Positions 1 to 10,278 are shown, counted from the stretch's first letter. The stretch is 64,000 nucleotides of DNA from OCS155 cluster bacterium AG-349-E07 (GCA_003281085.1 QCCZ01000001.1:99452-163451); one strand, 5' to 3'. Numbers and translations are program-made. Notes: generated by a model not told the origin, from the letters alone.

Positions 1-23
1 ATGGTTATATTTTTGCTATATTA

Positions 24-662
24 ATGGCTATTTCGCTAAGAAATTTAGCAAAAAGAAAAAGTATTAATCTAAACATTGCTCTGCTTGCTGTCATAACTTT
101 TTTTAAATTGCAATACTTAATTGTTATATTTTTATTCCTATTGTTGCAAAAAGTAAGCTTTAAAAATCTGCTTTCTTTCTTACTAAAAATTTCTGTATTT
201 TATACAGTCTATTTTGGAATACAAGCTATATTTTTTAGAAATTCATTAATTGACTATCTTTATCTGATGTTTAATGGATATCTTACTAATGAATTAACAT
301 TTGAAGCTGGTATTACAAATCCTGTGGTTTCACAGTTTATTTCAAGATTTTTTCAAGTTGAATTAAATATAAGTCTATTTTTTATTTTTGGAATTGTTTT
401 ATATGGTTTTTATTCCTTTAATAATAGAAATTCAAAATTTTTAATTGGAACTAGTCTATTTAATAGAAATAAAAGTTACGATTCAAACTACTTACTAACA
501 GCAGTAGAAAAAAAATTTGTAACGGAGTTTATTTTTGCATTTTGCTTCGTACCAAATATTTTATTTGTAATTGGAAGCAGTTTTAGTTTAGGTCCTTTAA
601 GTGAATTGTTATATGTACCTAGCCTTTTATATGTCGTAATGTTGTCTAACAAAAGAAGCTAG
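24..662 (+). CDS. hypothetical polytopic membrane protein, possibly 5'-truncated at the window edge (frame is open upstream to position 3)
   Basis: long hydrophobic ORF; no recognisable motif; in-frame sequence upstream of the ATG has no stop. Confidence 0.3.
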   Translation: MAISLRNLAKRKSINLNIALLAVITFFKLQYLIVIFLFLLLQKVSFKNLLSFLLKISVFYTVYFGIQAIFFRNSLIDYLYLMFNGYLTNELTFEAGITNPVVSQFISRFFQVELNISLFFIFGIVLYGFYSFNNRNSKFLIGTSLFNRNKSYDSNYLLTAVEKKFVTEFIFAFCFVPNILFVIGSSFSLGPLSELLYVPSLLYVVMLSNKRS

Positions 663-675
663 TATATAAATTACA

Positions 676-2307
676 ATGATTGAAGAAATTTTAGACTTGA
701 AAACAATTAACAAAGGTTCTGAAATTAGCTATATATTTAATTTTTCAAAAATTGATAAAGTACACTTACAATCACCTTCATTAATAAAAATAAAAAAAAG
801 AGAAGATCGTCTGAAGCATTTTAGAAATTTGAACAAAATTTTTGAAAAAAATAAATATATTAATCAAGTGGAACTAACAGAAAGTGGATTTATTAATTTA
901 ACACTTCATTTATCTGAAGTGTTAATTTACCTACAAAAATCCGAAGATGAAGTATTAGAAACAATAAAAGACACTGAGCCTAAAAAATATATTCTTGATT
1001 ATGGTGGACCAAATATTGGAAAAAGCATGCATGTAGGTCATTTAAGACCATTGAATATCGGTAGAGCTTTATATAATATTTATAAAATTTCAGGAAATAC
1101 CTGTATATCAGATATACATCTTGGTGATTGGGGTATACCAATTTCTCAAATATTAACTTACTGCTACGAAAATAAAATTGAAATTAACAATTTAAGCGAT
1201 AAAGATCTTCAAGAAATCTATCCAAAAGCGAGTAAATTAGCATCTGAAAATCTTGAGTTTAAAAAAAAAGTTGCTGAAAATTTATCAAAATTAAATAAAA
1301 AAAATCAGAATCTATATAATGATTGGCAAATTGTCTCTAATACAACTATTCAAAGTATAAAAAATTTACTTTTAAAACTTAATCATAAATTTGATTTGTT
1401 TTATGGAGAAAGTACAGTTGTAGATTTAATTCCTGAAATGATTGATAATCTTAAAAATAATAATTTAGTTACGTTAGATAATGGTGCATTAATTTCAAAG
1501 CAAAAAGCCGACCCTCCAGTTTTAATTCTAAAAAGTGATTCTACATATTTATATATGACAACAGACTTGGCTACCGTATTAGACAGAGAGCAAAATATAT
1601 CTCCAGATGAATACTTTTACATCGTAGACAGTAGGCAAAGTGAACATTTTAAACAACTGTTTTTAAGTGTTAAGTACTTTAATTTCTCGAAATCAAATTT
1701 TACGCATATAGGATTTGGAACTATAAATGACACTGAAGGGAAGCCTTTCAAAACTAGACAAGGTGACGTTTACCCTCTTGAAGATTTATGGAATGATATT
1801 TATCAAATACTTATAAAGAAAAATAACAAAACTAATGCTCATGTGCTTACCAATTCGGTCTTAGTCTTTTCAGACTTATTAATTGATAGAAGCTCAAATT
1901 ATAAATTTGATATCGAAAAATTTACGAATACCGAGGGTAAAACTGCAATTTACATTCAGTACACAAGAGTAAGAATTAAAAGTATATTAAAAAACTTAAA
2001 CAAAATAGAATATTTTGATAAATTTGACAAAACGAAATTAACTGACGCAGAGATAAACTTAATCTTATCAATTTTAAAGTTTTCTGATACTTTTAAAAGA
2101 TCAAAAAAAAACAATGAGCCACATCATCTTGCAGAGTATCTGTATGAACTTTGCCAAAGATTTAATTCGTTTTACAAAGAATCAAGAATTTTAGATGAAG
2201 CAAATATATACCTGCAAAATAGAAGACTTAATATCTTGATTGTATGTTTAAAAATAATTGAAATTATTTTTAATATCCTTGGAATTGAAACAGTTGAAGA
2301 AATGTAA
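676..2307 (+). CDS. argS: arginine--tRNA ligase
   Basis: class I HIGH motif (HVGHLRP), DLATVLDRE and YIQYTRVRIKSI motifs typical of ArgS; about 540 aa. Confidence 0.85.
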   Translation: MIEEILDLKTINKGSEISYIFNFSKIDKVHLQSPSLIKIKKREDRLKHFRNLNKIFEKNKYINQVELTESGFINLTLHLSEVLIYLQKSEDEVLETIKDTEPKKYILDYGGPNIGKSMHVGHLRPLNIGRALYNIYKISGNTCISDIHLGDWGIPISQILTYCYENKIEINNLSDKDLQEIYPKASKLASENLEFKKKVAENLSKLNKKNQNLYNDWQIVSNTTIQSIKNLLLKLNHKFDLFYGESTVVDLIPEMIDNLKNNNLVTLDNGALISKQKADPPVLILKSDSTYLYMTTDLATVLDREQNISPDEYFYIVDSRQSEHFKQLFLSVKYFNFSKSNFTHIGFGTINDTEGKPFKTRQGDVYPLEDLWNDIYQILIKKNNKTNAHVLTNSVLVFSDLLIDRSSNYKFDIEKFTNTEGKTAIYIQYTRVRIKSILKNLNKIEYFDKFDKTKLTDAEINLILSILKFSDTFKRSKKNNEPHHLAEYLYELCQRFNSFYKESRILDEANIYLQNRRLNILIVCLKIIEIIFNILGIETVEEM

Positions 2308-2309
2308 AC

Positions 2310-2843
2310 TTAGACAAAGAACAAAGTACCGAATATCCAAATAATTAATATCAAACTAAAACCGAAGTTATCAAAAAAGTTATATCTCGAAGCTAAGTAA
2401 TTTAAAATAAATAAAGAAATAGGAACAATAATAAATCCGGCAAAAGAAGTTGCTTTAAATAAATCTCCAACTTCTTGGAAAATACTTAGAGAGTTTGGAA
2501 TAGAAATTTGGAATAGGATAAGGAATATTATAGAAATTAAAATTGTAAATAAAATATTTGATATGAGTTCAATAAAAGTTTTATTTACCAATTTAAAAAA
2601 ATTAAGAAATTCAATAGGAAAAAATAATACAAATAATGAGGCAAAGAATAAGATTAAAGCCCAGAAAAGTCCTTGACCAGACCAAGATGATAAACTATTC
2701 GAGGAATATCCAAAGCTTTCTAACATTAAATAAACTGAGAACCCTAGCAAACATGTTCCAATAGTAAATAAATATAGAGAAAGTATCGACCTAATTTGAC
2801 TCAAATTAACAAAATTGAAATTTAAAGATTTTTGATTTTGCAT
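2310..2843 (-). CDS. hypothetical membrane protein
   Basis: multiple hydrophobic segments; no motif recognised. Confidence 0.3.
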   Translation of the reverse strand: MQNQKSLNFNFVNLSQIRSILSLYLFTIGTCLLGFSVYLMLESFGYSSNSLSSWSGQGLFWALILFFASLFVLFFPIEFLNFFKLVNKTFIELISNILFTILISIIFLILFQISIPNSLSIFQEVGDLFKATSFAGFIIVPISLFILNYLASRYNFFDNFGFSLILIIWIFGTLFFV

Positions 2844-2888
2844 ACAGACATATAATAACGTTTATTTTCTATTAAAATAATTTTAACT

Positions 2889-3131
2889 ATGGAATTTTTA
2901 GATACTCCAAATCCAAATGCAAAAAAAATATTAATAGATCATGATTTAGAAACTTCTGTATATTTAAATGATAGTAGCTCGACTACATCTTCAGAGATTT
3001 CTATCTTGTTAAAAACTTCGGGTATAAAAAATATATTCACTGGCCCCGGATTTGTCACAATTACAAAAAATGATTCCATTACTTGGGATGACATAATCCA
3101 AGACTTTAATAGCAAGTTTGATAGTATATAG
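2889..3131 (+). CDS. Nfu/NifU N-terminal-domain-like small protein
   Basis: N-terminus MEFLDTPNPNAKKI resembles the TPNPN motif of the Nfu_N scaffold domain. Confidence 0.45.
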   Translation: MEFLDTPNPNAKKILIDHDLETSVYLNDSSSTTSSEISILLKTSGIKNIFTGPGFVTITKNDSITWDDIIQDFNSKFDSI

Positions 3132-3133
3132 TT

Positions 3134-3745
3134 ATGCAAAACTTTAATCCTGACCCAAAACCTGGGAGATTAATACTTCCTCTTGTTTTAATTGGTATGA
3201 TAGCCACAACTTACACATTTATAAATAGAGTTGCTACTCAAAATGATTTGGAACTATTGGAGTCTGAGGAAGTTGCAGAGACAGTTTCCACAGAACCAGA
3301 TGAAGAAACAACAACCTCTACTTCAACCACAACTACAATTCCTGAAGATGTTGTTAAGTATCTTGAAGAAATTACGGGAGAAAAAATTCAAGCAATTGAA
3401 TTAGGTAAAAAAGTCTTAGAAACTAATCAACGTTGGGATGATAAAACTACTACATATCAAGAAGCTCAGCAAGAGTTTCAAGAATTTATTGATGATTTTG
3501 CAGATTTTGTTAATGTTTTTACAGAACCTGGACCACCAGTTGTTCAGTCTAATTTGAGCTCAAGCCATGATGAATTAGTAATACTCGTAAATCTGTTGTA
3601 TGACGATACTCAAGAATTGCTCGAGGGTTTGACCGCTCCCGATACAGGCGAAAGAAGAAACGCAGCATTAGAGTCTTTTAATAGTAATTTAGATTTATTT
3701 ATTGAAAGAATTGAGCAAGTTGTTGCCTCAGCAACTTCTAGCTAG
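3134..3745 (+). CDS. membrane-anchored Thr/Glu-rich hypothetical protein
   Basis: single N-terminal TM helix, then an acidic Thr-rich low-complexity stretch. Confidence 0.35.
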   Translation: MQNFNPDPKPGRLILPLVLIGMIATTYTFINRVATQNDLELLESEEVAETVSTEPDEETTTSTSTTTTIPEDVVKYLEEITGEKIQAIELGKKVLETNQRWDDKTTTYQEAQQEFQEFIDDFADFVNVFTEPGPPVVQSNLSSSHDELVILVNLLYDDTQELLEGLTAPDTGERRNAALESFNSNLDLFIERIEQVVASATSS

Positions 3746-4790
3746 AAGCTGCTGAACAAACTGTGTCAATCATCAACATTGCAATAACGTAAGGGTCTCC
3801 ATTAGCATTGGGTCTTCTGTCCTCTAGATAGCCTTTTTTATCTACTTCAACTTGCCAAGGAATCCTTATTGAAGCACCTCTATCACTGACTCCATAAGAA
3901 AAAGTATCAAAACTTTGAGTTTCATGATCTCCAGTAAGTCGATCTTCAATATTTGCACCATAGTTTTTTACATGCAAATCTGCATTTTTACCCAGAGCTT
4001 CGCATCCTGCAATAATGGCTTCATAGCCTCCATCTTCTCTCATCTGTTTTGTTGAGAAGTTTGTGTGCATACCCGCACCATTCCAATCACCCTTTACAGG
4101 TTTTGGATTTAAAGTTGCAGAAATATTCCAATCTTCAGCAATTCTATAAAGTAACCATCTTGCAACCCATATGTGATCACCAATATCTGGTGCTCCGACT
4201 GGACCTATTTGAAACTCCCACTGTCCTGGCATAACTTCTGCATTTGTTCCAGAAATTCCTAAGCCTGCTTCTATACAAGCTGTTGCGTGTGCTTCTGAAA
4301 TTTCACGTCCATACACTTCGTCTGCTCCAACTCCACAATAATAACCTCCTTGAGGAGCCGGATAACCTGATGGAGGGAAACCAAGAGGTTGTCCATATTT
4401 AAGAGAATCATAAGACTGCTCATAAAATGTGTACTCTTGTTCCATACCGAACCAAGGCTCAAATTCACTAAAATTTGAAGCTGATTCTACTAAAGCTGCC
4501 CTTGTATTTGAAGCATGTGGAGTCATGTCTACATTCATAACTTCACACATTACTAATATATTGTCTCCACCTCTAACTGGGTCTGGAAATTGAGCAACTG
4601 GTTTTAATACGCAATCAGATTGGTCACCTGTAGCTTGTTGTGTACTTGAACCATCAAAGCCCCAAATTGGAGGCTCTGTTCCTTGTTCTATTATCTTTGT
4701 TTTACTCCTTAGTTTTGCGGTCGGAGTTAGACCGTCAATCCATATATATTCTGCTTTTATCTTCATGAAAATAATGTAATATGTATTCAA
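3738..4790 (-). CDS. glnII: glutamine synthetase type II (eukaryote-like GSII)
   Basis: N-terminal KAEYIWIDG motif and about 350-aa length typical of GSII; GS catalytic-domain motifs. Confidence 0.8.
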   Translation of the reverse strand: MNTYYIIFMKIKAEYIWIDGLTPTAKLRSKTKIIEQGTEPPIWGFDGSSTQQATGDQSDCVLKPVAQFPDPVRGGDNILVMCEVMNVDMTPHASNTRAALVESASNFSEFEPWFGMEQEYTFYEQSYDSLKYGQPLGFPPSGYPAPQGGYYCGVGADEVYGREISEAHATACIEAGLGISGTNAEVMPGQWEFQIGPVGAPDIGDHIWVARWLLYRIAEDWNISATLNPKPVKGDWNGAGMHTNFSTKQMREDGGYEAIIAGCEALGKNADLHVKNYGANIEDRLTGDHETQSFDTFSYGVSDRGASIRIPWQVEVDKKGYLEDRRPNANGDPYVIAMLMIDTVCSAASS

Positions 4791-4830
4791 AGAAATGTTG
4801 TTACAGAAATATTAAATAATTGTTTCCAAA

Positions 4831-5460
4831 ATGATAGATAGTTACATAAATATAGATAAAAGCCATAAAAGCTTTGATAAAACCTTTGTAGATCTTGGGC
4901 TTAATAAACTCGTGCTAAAAAATATAACTAAATCAAATCAAATTAACTTAGTAGTTACATCGCTAGCTAAATATGGTGAAACAAAAAAGAATCTATCAGA
5001 CTTTGAATCTACGAACAAATCTTTCCCAACATTAATTATTGTTGACGACAAAGATTTTGAACAAACAATAGATTTAATTCAAAACCCTCTAATTGAGCTT
5101 ATGTCTAGTAAAAGTGAGATTGAAGAAGTAGGTGCTAGAATTCATGCTTTAGTAGGTGACAGTGAATCAGAAATACTTGAGTTCAAAGATCTCTTAATAA
5201 ACTTGAAAACTTATGATGCAAAAGCTGGAGATAGCTTGTTGGATTTAACATTTATGGAGTACGAACTACTTAAATTTTTTGTTGAAAATCAAGATAATGT
5301 TTGGTCAAGAGAACAGCTTTTAGAAAAAGTATGGGGTTATGACTATTTTGGCGGCGCTAGGACCGTGGATGTTCACGTCAGAAGGCTAAGGGCAAAACTA
5401 GGTGATAAAAGACAAGATTGGATAAAGACTGTTCACTCAGTTGGATATAAATTTAACTAA
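4831..5460 (+). CDS. OmpR/PhoB-family winged-helix transcriptional regulator with an atypical N-terminal domain (GlnR-like orphan regulator candidate)
   Basis: C-terminal VWGYDYFGGARTVDVHVRRLRAKLG is an OmpR-type trans_reg_C motif; N-terminal half lacks the canonical receiver acidic pocket; divergent from glnII. Confidence 0.55.
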   Translation: MIDSYINIDKSHKSFDKTFVDLGLNKLVLKNITKSNQINLVVTSLAKYGETKKNLSDFESTNKSFPTLIIVDDKDFEQTIDLIQNPLIELMSSKSEIEEVGARIHALVGDSESEILEFKDLLINLKTYDAKAGDSLLDLTFMEYELLKFFVENQDNVWSREQLLEKVWGYDYFGGARTVDVHVRRLRAKLGDKRQDWIKTVHSVGYKFN

Positions 5461-5800
5461 AACTGTTACCGCAGCCACAAGTTCTGGAGACATTTGGATT
5501 ATCAATAGAGAAACCGGATTCCATCAATCCTTCTTTGTAATCTAGGGTTGCACCTTTAACATGTTCCAAGCTTTGACCATCAACTACGATGTTTACTCCA
5601 TCATATTCTTCAATAACATCGCCATCGAACTTATCAGTATCAAAGAACATTTCGTATGAAAAACCTGAGCAGCCCCCTGGTTTAACACCCATTCGAAGAA
5701 AACTATCGTCGGAAGATTCCTCAGATTTTAGTTCCTTAAGCTTTTTTACAGCACTATCTGTTGCAAGAATTGCACGAGAAGATTTTATTTGTATATCCAT
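5453..5800 (-). CDS. IscA/HesB/ErpA-family Fe-S cluster insertion protein
   Basis: C-terminal CGCGNSFS (C-x-C-G-x-S-F signature); about 115 aa. Confidence 0.75.
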   Translation of the reverse strand: MDIQIKSSRAILATDSAVKKLKELKSEESSDDSFLRMGVKPGGCSGFSYEMFFDTDKFDGDVIEEYDGVNIVVDGQSLEHVKGATLDYKEGLMESGFSIDNPNVSRTCGCGNSFS

Positions 5801-5877
5801 AAAATAATTATACCAAACATCCAGTTATTCAATAAATTTGTAATTACATCTTTTTGAAAACTCCTTAGAATACTGTT

Positions 5878-7005
5878 ATGACCCAAAGTGATATTCTTTT
5901 AAAACATCTCTCAACTGTATTTGACCCTGAATTAGGGGCGAATATCGTTGAATTAGGGATGGTTAAAGATGTTCAGCATGTAGATAAAACAGTAACAATC
6001 AAATTAGCTCTGACAATAGCTGACTGTCCAATGAGGAATCAAATAGAAACAGAAATCAATAGAAAACTAAAGCTTTTGGAAAATGTTGAAACAGTAGAGA
6101 TAGAAATCACTGCAATGGATCAAAAAGATCGAACTGCTGTTATGGAAAAAGCAAGAGAAAAAGCTAGGGAAAATGCTCAACCAACAAATGTTGATCCTAG
6201 AACTAGAGTGATTGCTATTGGAAGTGGAAAAGGTGGAGTAGGGAAATCAACTTTATCTGCAAATATTGCATTAGGTTTAGCAAAAAAAGGATTTCAAACT
6301 GGACTGTTAGATGCAGATATTTGGGGATTCTCAATACCAAGGCTGTTAGGAATAACTGGAAGAATTGAAGCAAATAGTGACAAAAAAATGATTCCTTATG
6401 AGATTGGAAATTTAAAAGTAATCTCAACTGGTCTCATAACAAGCGATGAAGATACTGCATTGATGTGGAGAGGCCTTATGTTAAGTAAAGCACTTGAACA
6501 ATTCTTAACTGACGTGGAATGGGGAGATTTAGATTATCTGATAATTGACCTACCGCCTGGTACAGGAGATATACAAATGGCTCTAAGTAGATTACTTCCA
6601 CAAGCTGAGCTAATTGTTGTTACAACTCCACAATTAATGGCACAAAAAGTTGCAACAAGAGTTGCCGATATGGCAAAGAGAAGTTTCATCCCTCTGTTGG
6701 GAGTAATTGAAAATATGTCATACTTTGAATCAGACACTGGAGAAAAATATAATATTTTTGGTGAGGGTGGAGGTGAAGCTTTGTCGGATAAATTTGGAAT
6801 ACCTCTCTTAGGAAAAGTTCCTATTAGTGAAAACACAAATAATGTAGCAGACAGTGGAACTCCATTAATTGATCAAAATAATTCTATTACGAAAGTAGAG
6901 ATAGAAAAATTAATAAACAATATTGCTATCCAACTTCCTCCAATTATTGATGAAACATGTACTGGAAGACTAGCAAAAGTTTTTGAGGAACTTTCAAATC
7001 AATGA
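5878..7005 (+). CDS. mrp: Mrp/ApbC Fe-S cluster carrier ATPase with N-terminal DUF59/MIP18 domain
   Basis: deviant Walker A GKGGVGKST, ParA-like fold, N-terminal DUF59-like segment; 4-nt ATGA overlap with selA. Confidence 0.85.
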   Translation: MTQSDILLKHLSTVFDPELGANIVELGMVKDVQHVDKTVTIKLALTIADCPMRNQIETEINRKLKLLENVETVEIEITAMDQKDRTAVMEKAREKARENAQPTNVDPRTRVIAIGSGKGGVGKSTLSANIALGLAKKGFQTGLLDADIWGFSIPRLLGITGRIEANSDKKMIPYEIGNLKVISTGLITSDEDTALMWRGLMLSKALEQFLTDVEWGDLDYLIIDLPPGTGDIQMALSRLLPQAELIVVTTPQLMAQKVATRVADMAKRSFIPLLGVIENMSYFESDTGEKYNIFGEGGGEALSDKFGIPLLGKVPISENTNNVADSGTPLIDQNNSITKVEIEKLINNIAIQLPPIIDETCTGRLAKVFEELSNQ

Positions 7006-8297
7006 ACCCTATTTCTGTTAATGAATTAACTGAATCAGTAAACTCTAATTTACCAAGAGATATAAAATCTACGATTGCAAAAAATATACTTTCAGAGGAA
7101 AAAGACTCTGATGTTGCAAAAAATATATTCTCTGAAATTATAAATGATTTAAGTTCAAAAACTCAAAGAGAAGTTGTAAATGCAACTGGTACTGTACTAC
7201 ATACAAACTTAGGTCGTTCTCCAAATAACATAAGCTTTCCTGGAAGTTATACAAATATTGAATACGATTTAAAGACTTTATCTAGAGGAAAAAGAAATGA
7301 ATACCTATCTGTACTTATGAATAACCTTATAGAATCTCAGGATATTGCTTTTGTAAACAACAATGCCTCTTCTCTTTTTCTCTCATTAAAAGCCATTTCT
7401 AAGTCACATAATATTCAAAATGTAATTATTTCTAGAGGTGAAATTATAGAAATTGGAGGCTCATATAGGCTTCCTGAAATAATCAATGAGACTGGTTTAG
7501 ACCTTGTAGAGATAGGCACAACAAACAAGACTAAATTGAGTGATTACAGAAAAGCATTAGAAAAGTACCCAAATTCTTTGATATTAAAAGTTCACAGGTC
7601 AAATTTCTCAATCAAGGGTTTTACAGAGGATGTTTCAATTGAAGAACTCGCTGAATTAAAAAATAAATTTGACGTTTTTCTTTTTCATGACTTGGGGAGT
7701 GGTTTAGTAATTGATAAGAAATTTTTAGAAATTAATAATATAAGTATCTTCAAAGATGAACCATTTGTGCAAGATTCACTTTCTGATGGTGCAAATTTAG
7801 TTATGTTTTCTGGAGACAAATTATTTGGGTCAGTTCAATCTGGAATGATTGCAGGAGATGACGACTTGGTTAATGAAATTAAAAACTACAGTTTGTTTAG
7901 AACTTATCGTTGCTCACCTATGACCTTATTTGAACTTCAAGAGACTGTACTTAAATATATAAATAAACAAGAAAAAGAGATACCTTTTTGGAATCTTATT
8001 ACACAACCTTATTCCTCCTTAGAAGATAGGTGTAAAAATTTGGCTAAATCTATTTCTTTTTCTACAAGCATAGAAAAAGGTGAAAGTGTAATTGGTGGAG
8101 GAACACTACCAGATGTCACTTTAGAATCACCTATCTTACTTATAAATAATGAAAAAACAGTAGATACTGTCAATCAGTTAATTAAAAACGATATCCCCAT
8201 AATTCCAAGAATTATTAAGGATCAAGTTTGTCTTGATTTAAGAAGTGTATTTCATAATCAAGATAACATAATTGTACAAGCATTAAATAATTCATGA
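7002..8297 (+). CDS. selA: L-seryl-tRNA(Sec) selenium transferase (selenocysteine synthase)
   Basis: blocks match E. coli SelA: ATGTVLHTNLGR, EYDL..RGKR, FVNNNA, SRGEIIEIGGSYRLPE, EIGTTNKT, FSGDKLFG..Q.G; overlaps selB start (ATGA). Confidence 0.85.
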   Translation: MNPISVNELTESVNSNLPRDIKSTIAKNILSEEKDSDVAKNIFSEIINDLSSKTQREVVNATGTVLHTNLGRSPNNISFPGSYTNIEYDLKTLSRGKRNEYLSVLMNNLIESQDIAFVNNNASSLFLSLKAISKSHNIQNVIISRGEIIEIGGSYRLPEIINETGLDLVEIGTTNKTKLSDYRKALEKYPNSLILKVHRSNFSIKGFTEDVSIEELAELKNKFDVFLFHDLGSGLVIDKKFLEINNISIFKDEPFVQDSLSDGANLVMFSGDKLFGSVQSGMIAGDDDLVNEIKNYSLFRTYRCSPMTLFELQETVLKYINKQEKEIPFWNLITQPYSSLEDRCKNLAKSISFSTSIEKGESVIGGGTLPDVTLESPILLINNEKTVDTVNQLIKNDIPIIPRIIKDQVCLDLRSVFHNQDNIIVQALNNS

Positions 8298-9967
8298 CCG
8301 TACTTGCAACTGCAGGCCATGTAGATCATGGAAAATCAACTTTTGTAAATTTTTTAACAGGTCAAGAAACTGACAGATTAAAAGAAGAAAAAATCCGCGG
8401 ATTAACTATAAATCTTGGATATACCTATTTTGAATTTAAAAATAGAAGAATATCTATTGTTGATGTCCCTGGTCATGTTGACTACTTTAAAAACACCATT
8501 GCAGGATTTGCAAATGTCGACGGTATAATTTTTTGTATCGACTCTGTTCAGGGGTGGTCTAGACAATCAGAGGAACATTTTCAAGCAATTAGAAATCTGC
8601 AGATTAATAATATTTTTTTTGTACTAACAAAAACAGATTTACTAGATTCTCCAGTTGATAAAAGTTATCTTGAAAAAAAATTAAAAGATGAAAAAGAAAT
8701 AAATTACACAATTGATGAATTTACTTATAAAACTAGCGATCTTAAACTATTTCAAGAAAAAATAGTAAACTTCTTTAAGTCTGACTCATTTGAAAACCCA
8801 AATTCATTATGGATTGATCGTAGTTTTACCAAGGATGGAATTGGTAAAGTTATAACTGGTACTGCTTCTATGGCTTTTGATTTAGAAAATATGTATCTTG
8901 CTAGGACAAACAAATTATTAGAAGTAAAAGAAATACGAAATAGTGAAGATAAAGTTAAAAATATTACATCCACATCAAGAATTGCTATCTCTCTCAAGAA
9001 GGGTACTCAAGACGATATTAGTCGAGGCGATTTGTTAACGAATGGAGTTGTTTCTTCAGGTAAATATATTTTTGCAATTTTAAATGGAAATGATAATGGG
9101 TTTAAGAACAAAGGAAGCAATAGATTGTTTGTTGGGACAATAAATCAAATTGTCAAAAGATTAGAGATTATAAATGCTTCAGAAAAAATTTTAATATATA
9201 TAGAGCTACCAAATAAATTACCAATATTAGAAAACCAGAAAATATTAATTCAAAACATGGTGTCTAATGATTTCATAGGTGGAAAAATTGCATTTGTTTC
9301 GAATAATAATAATTTAGTTAAAACATTTTTCAGACAAGTTCGAAAAACTGAATTTATTGATGTAGAAAAAGCATTTACTCTTCTTTCAGAAAATCTAAAG
9401 GAAAATTCCAAAGATTATATAGATATAAGCAACAAATACATATCAAAAGATTATTTGGAACGTATGACCCAAAAAATTAAGGAAAATATAAAAACTATAA
9501 ATTCGGTTGGTGTTAAAAATTATTTCCATGATCAATTTTTCATAGAGGATAATTATATTGATGAATTAATAGATAAAATCGATGGGTTAAATATTATAAA
9601 TGACCAGTTATTTGTTGATAAAGAAACAGTTGTTGATTTAGAGGTTTACCAGAACGTTATCAAGGAGATGTCGACCGATCTATCAGTTAAACGTGTTGAT
9701 ATAGATAAGTTCAATAAAGAATCTATAAAAGAACTCTTTATGAACGAGTATCTATTTAGAGTTAATAAAAATATAATTATTGGAAAAGAGCATAAATCAG
9801 AGCTTGTTGAAATTCTGGAAAAATTACCTGATATTTTTGATGTATCCGAATTTAAAGAAGCTTCTAATTTATCCAGAAAGTATGCGATACCTTATTTGGA
9901 GTTTTTAGATAAATGTTTATATACTTCAAAAATTAATAGTTCAGGAAAAAGAAAAAAATTAGTTTGA
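8294..9967 (+). CDS. selB: selenocysteine-specific translation elongation factor
   Basis: N-terminal ATAGHVDHGKST, DVPGH GTPase motifs matching SelB; long C-terminal extension ending in a winged-helix-like segment (RKYAIPYLEFLDK). Confidence 0.85.
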   Translation: MTVLATAGHVDHGKSTFVNFLTGQETDRLKEEKIRGLTINLGYTYFEFKNRRISIVDVPGHVDYFKNTIAGFANVDGIIFCIDSVQGWSRQSEEHFQAIRNLQINNIFFVLTKTDLLDSPVDKSYLEKKLKDEKEINYTIDEFTYKTSDLKLFQEKIVNFFKSDSFENPNSLWIDRSFTKDGIGKVITGTASMAFDLENMYLARTNKLLEVKEIRNSEDKVKNITSTSRIAISLKKGTQDDISRGDLLTNGVVSSGKYIFAILNGNDNGFKNKGSNRLFVGTINQIVKRLEIINASEKILIYIELPNKLPILENQKILIQNMVSNDFIGGKIAFVSNNNNLVKTFFRQVRKTEFIDVEKAFTLLSENLKENSKDYIDISNKYISKDYLERMTQKIKENIKTINSVGVKNYFHDQFFIEDNYIDELIDKIDGLNIINDQLFVDKETVVDLEVYQNVIKEMSTDLSVKRVDIDKFNKESIKELFMNEYLFRVNKNIIIGKEHKSELVEILEKLPDIFDVSEFKEASNLSRKYAIPYLEFLDKCLYTSKINSSGKRKKLV

Positions 9968-10219
9968 TACGTAGAGGTTCTCTCGTTTTCTTTCAACTTC
10001 ATTTAAGCCACCCCATACACCAAATGGTTCTGAAATTTCATTTGCTTCATCCAAACATTCAATCTTTACAGGACAACCACTACAGACTGCTTTGGCTTTG
10101 GCTTCCCTTTTTTCTCTATCTTCTTTCTTTTCAAATGTAGCTGGCGGAAAAAAAAGATTGCTACTATGTTGTCTGCAAAGTGCATCGTATTGCCATGTAG
10201 AAACTTTTATTTGAAGCAT
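9959..10219 (-). CDS. whiB: WhiB-family Fe-S transcriptional regulator
   Basis: four Cys (C..CSGCPVKIEC) plus GVWGG motif; 86 aa. Confidence 0.8.
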   Translation of the reverse strand: MLQIKVSTWQYDALCRQHSSNLFFPPATFEKKEDREKREAKAKAVCSGCPVKIECLDEANEISEPFGVWGGLNEVERKRENLYVSN

Positions 10220-10278
10220 ATGTAAACAGTAATTAAAGATTCTATTGTGTAAAAAGATTTTTTTCGCGAAGTAATTAA

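Noticed and set aside
4049-4468. Small ORFs 4049..4234 (+) and 4271..4468 (-) inside glnII
   Set aside because: Fully embedded in or antisense to a confidently identified gene; low-complexity translations; judged spurious
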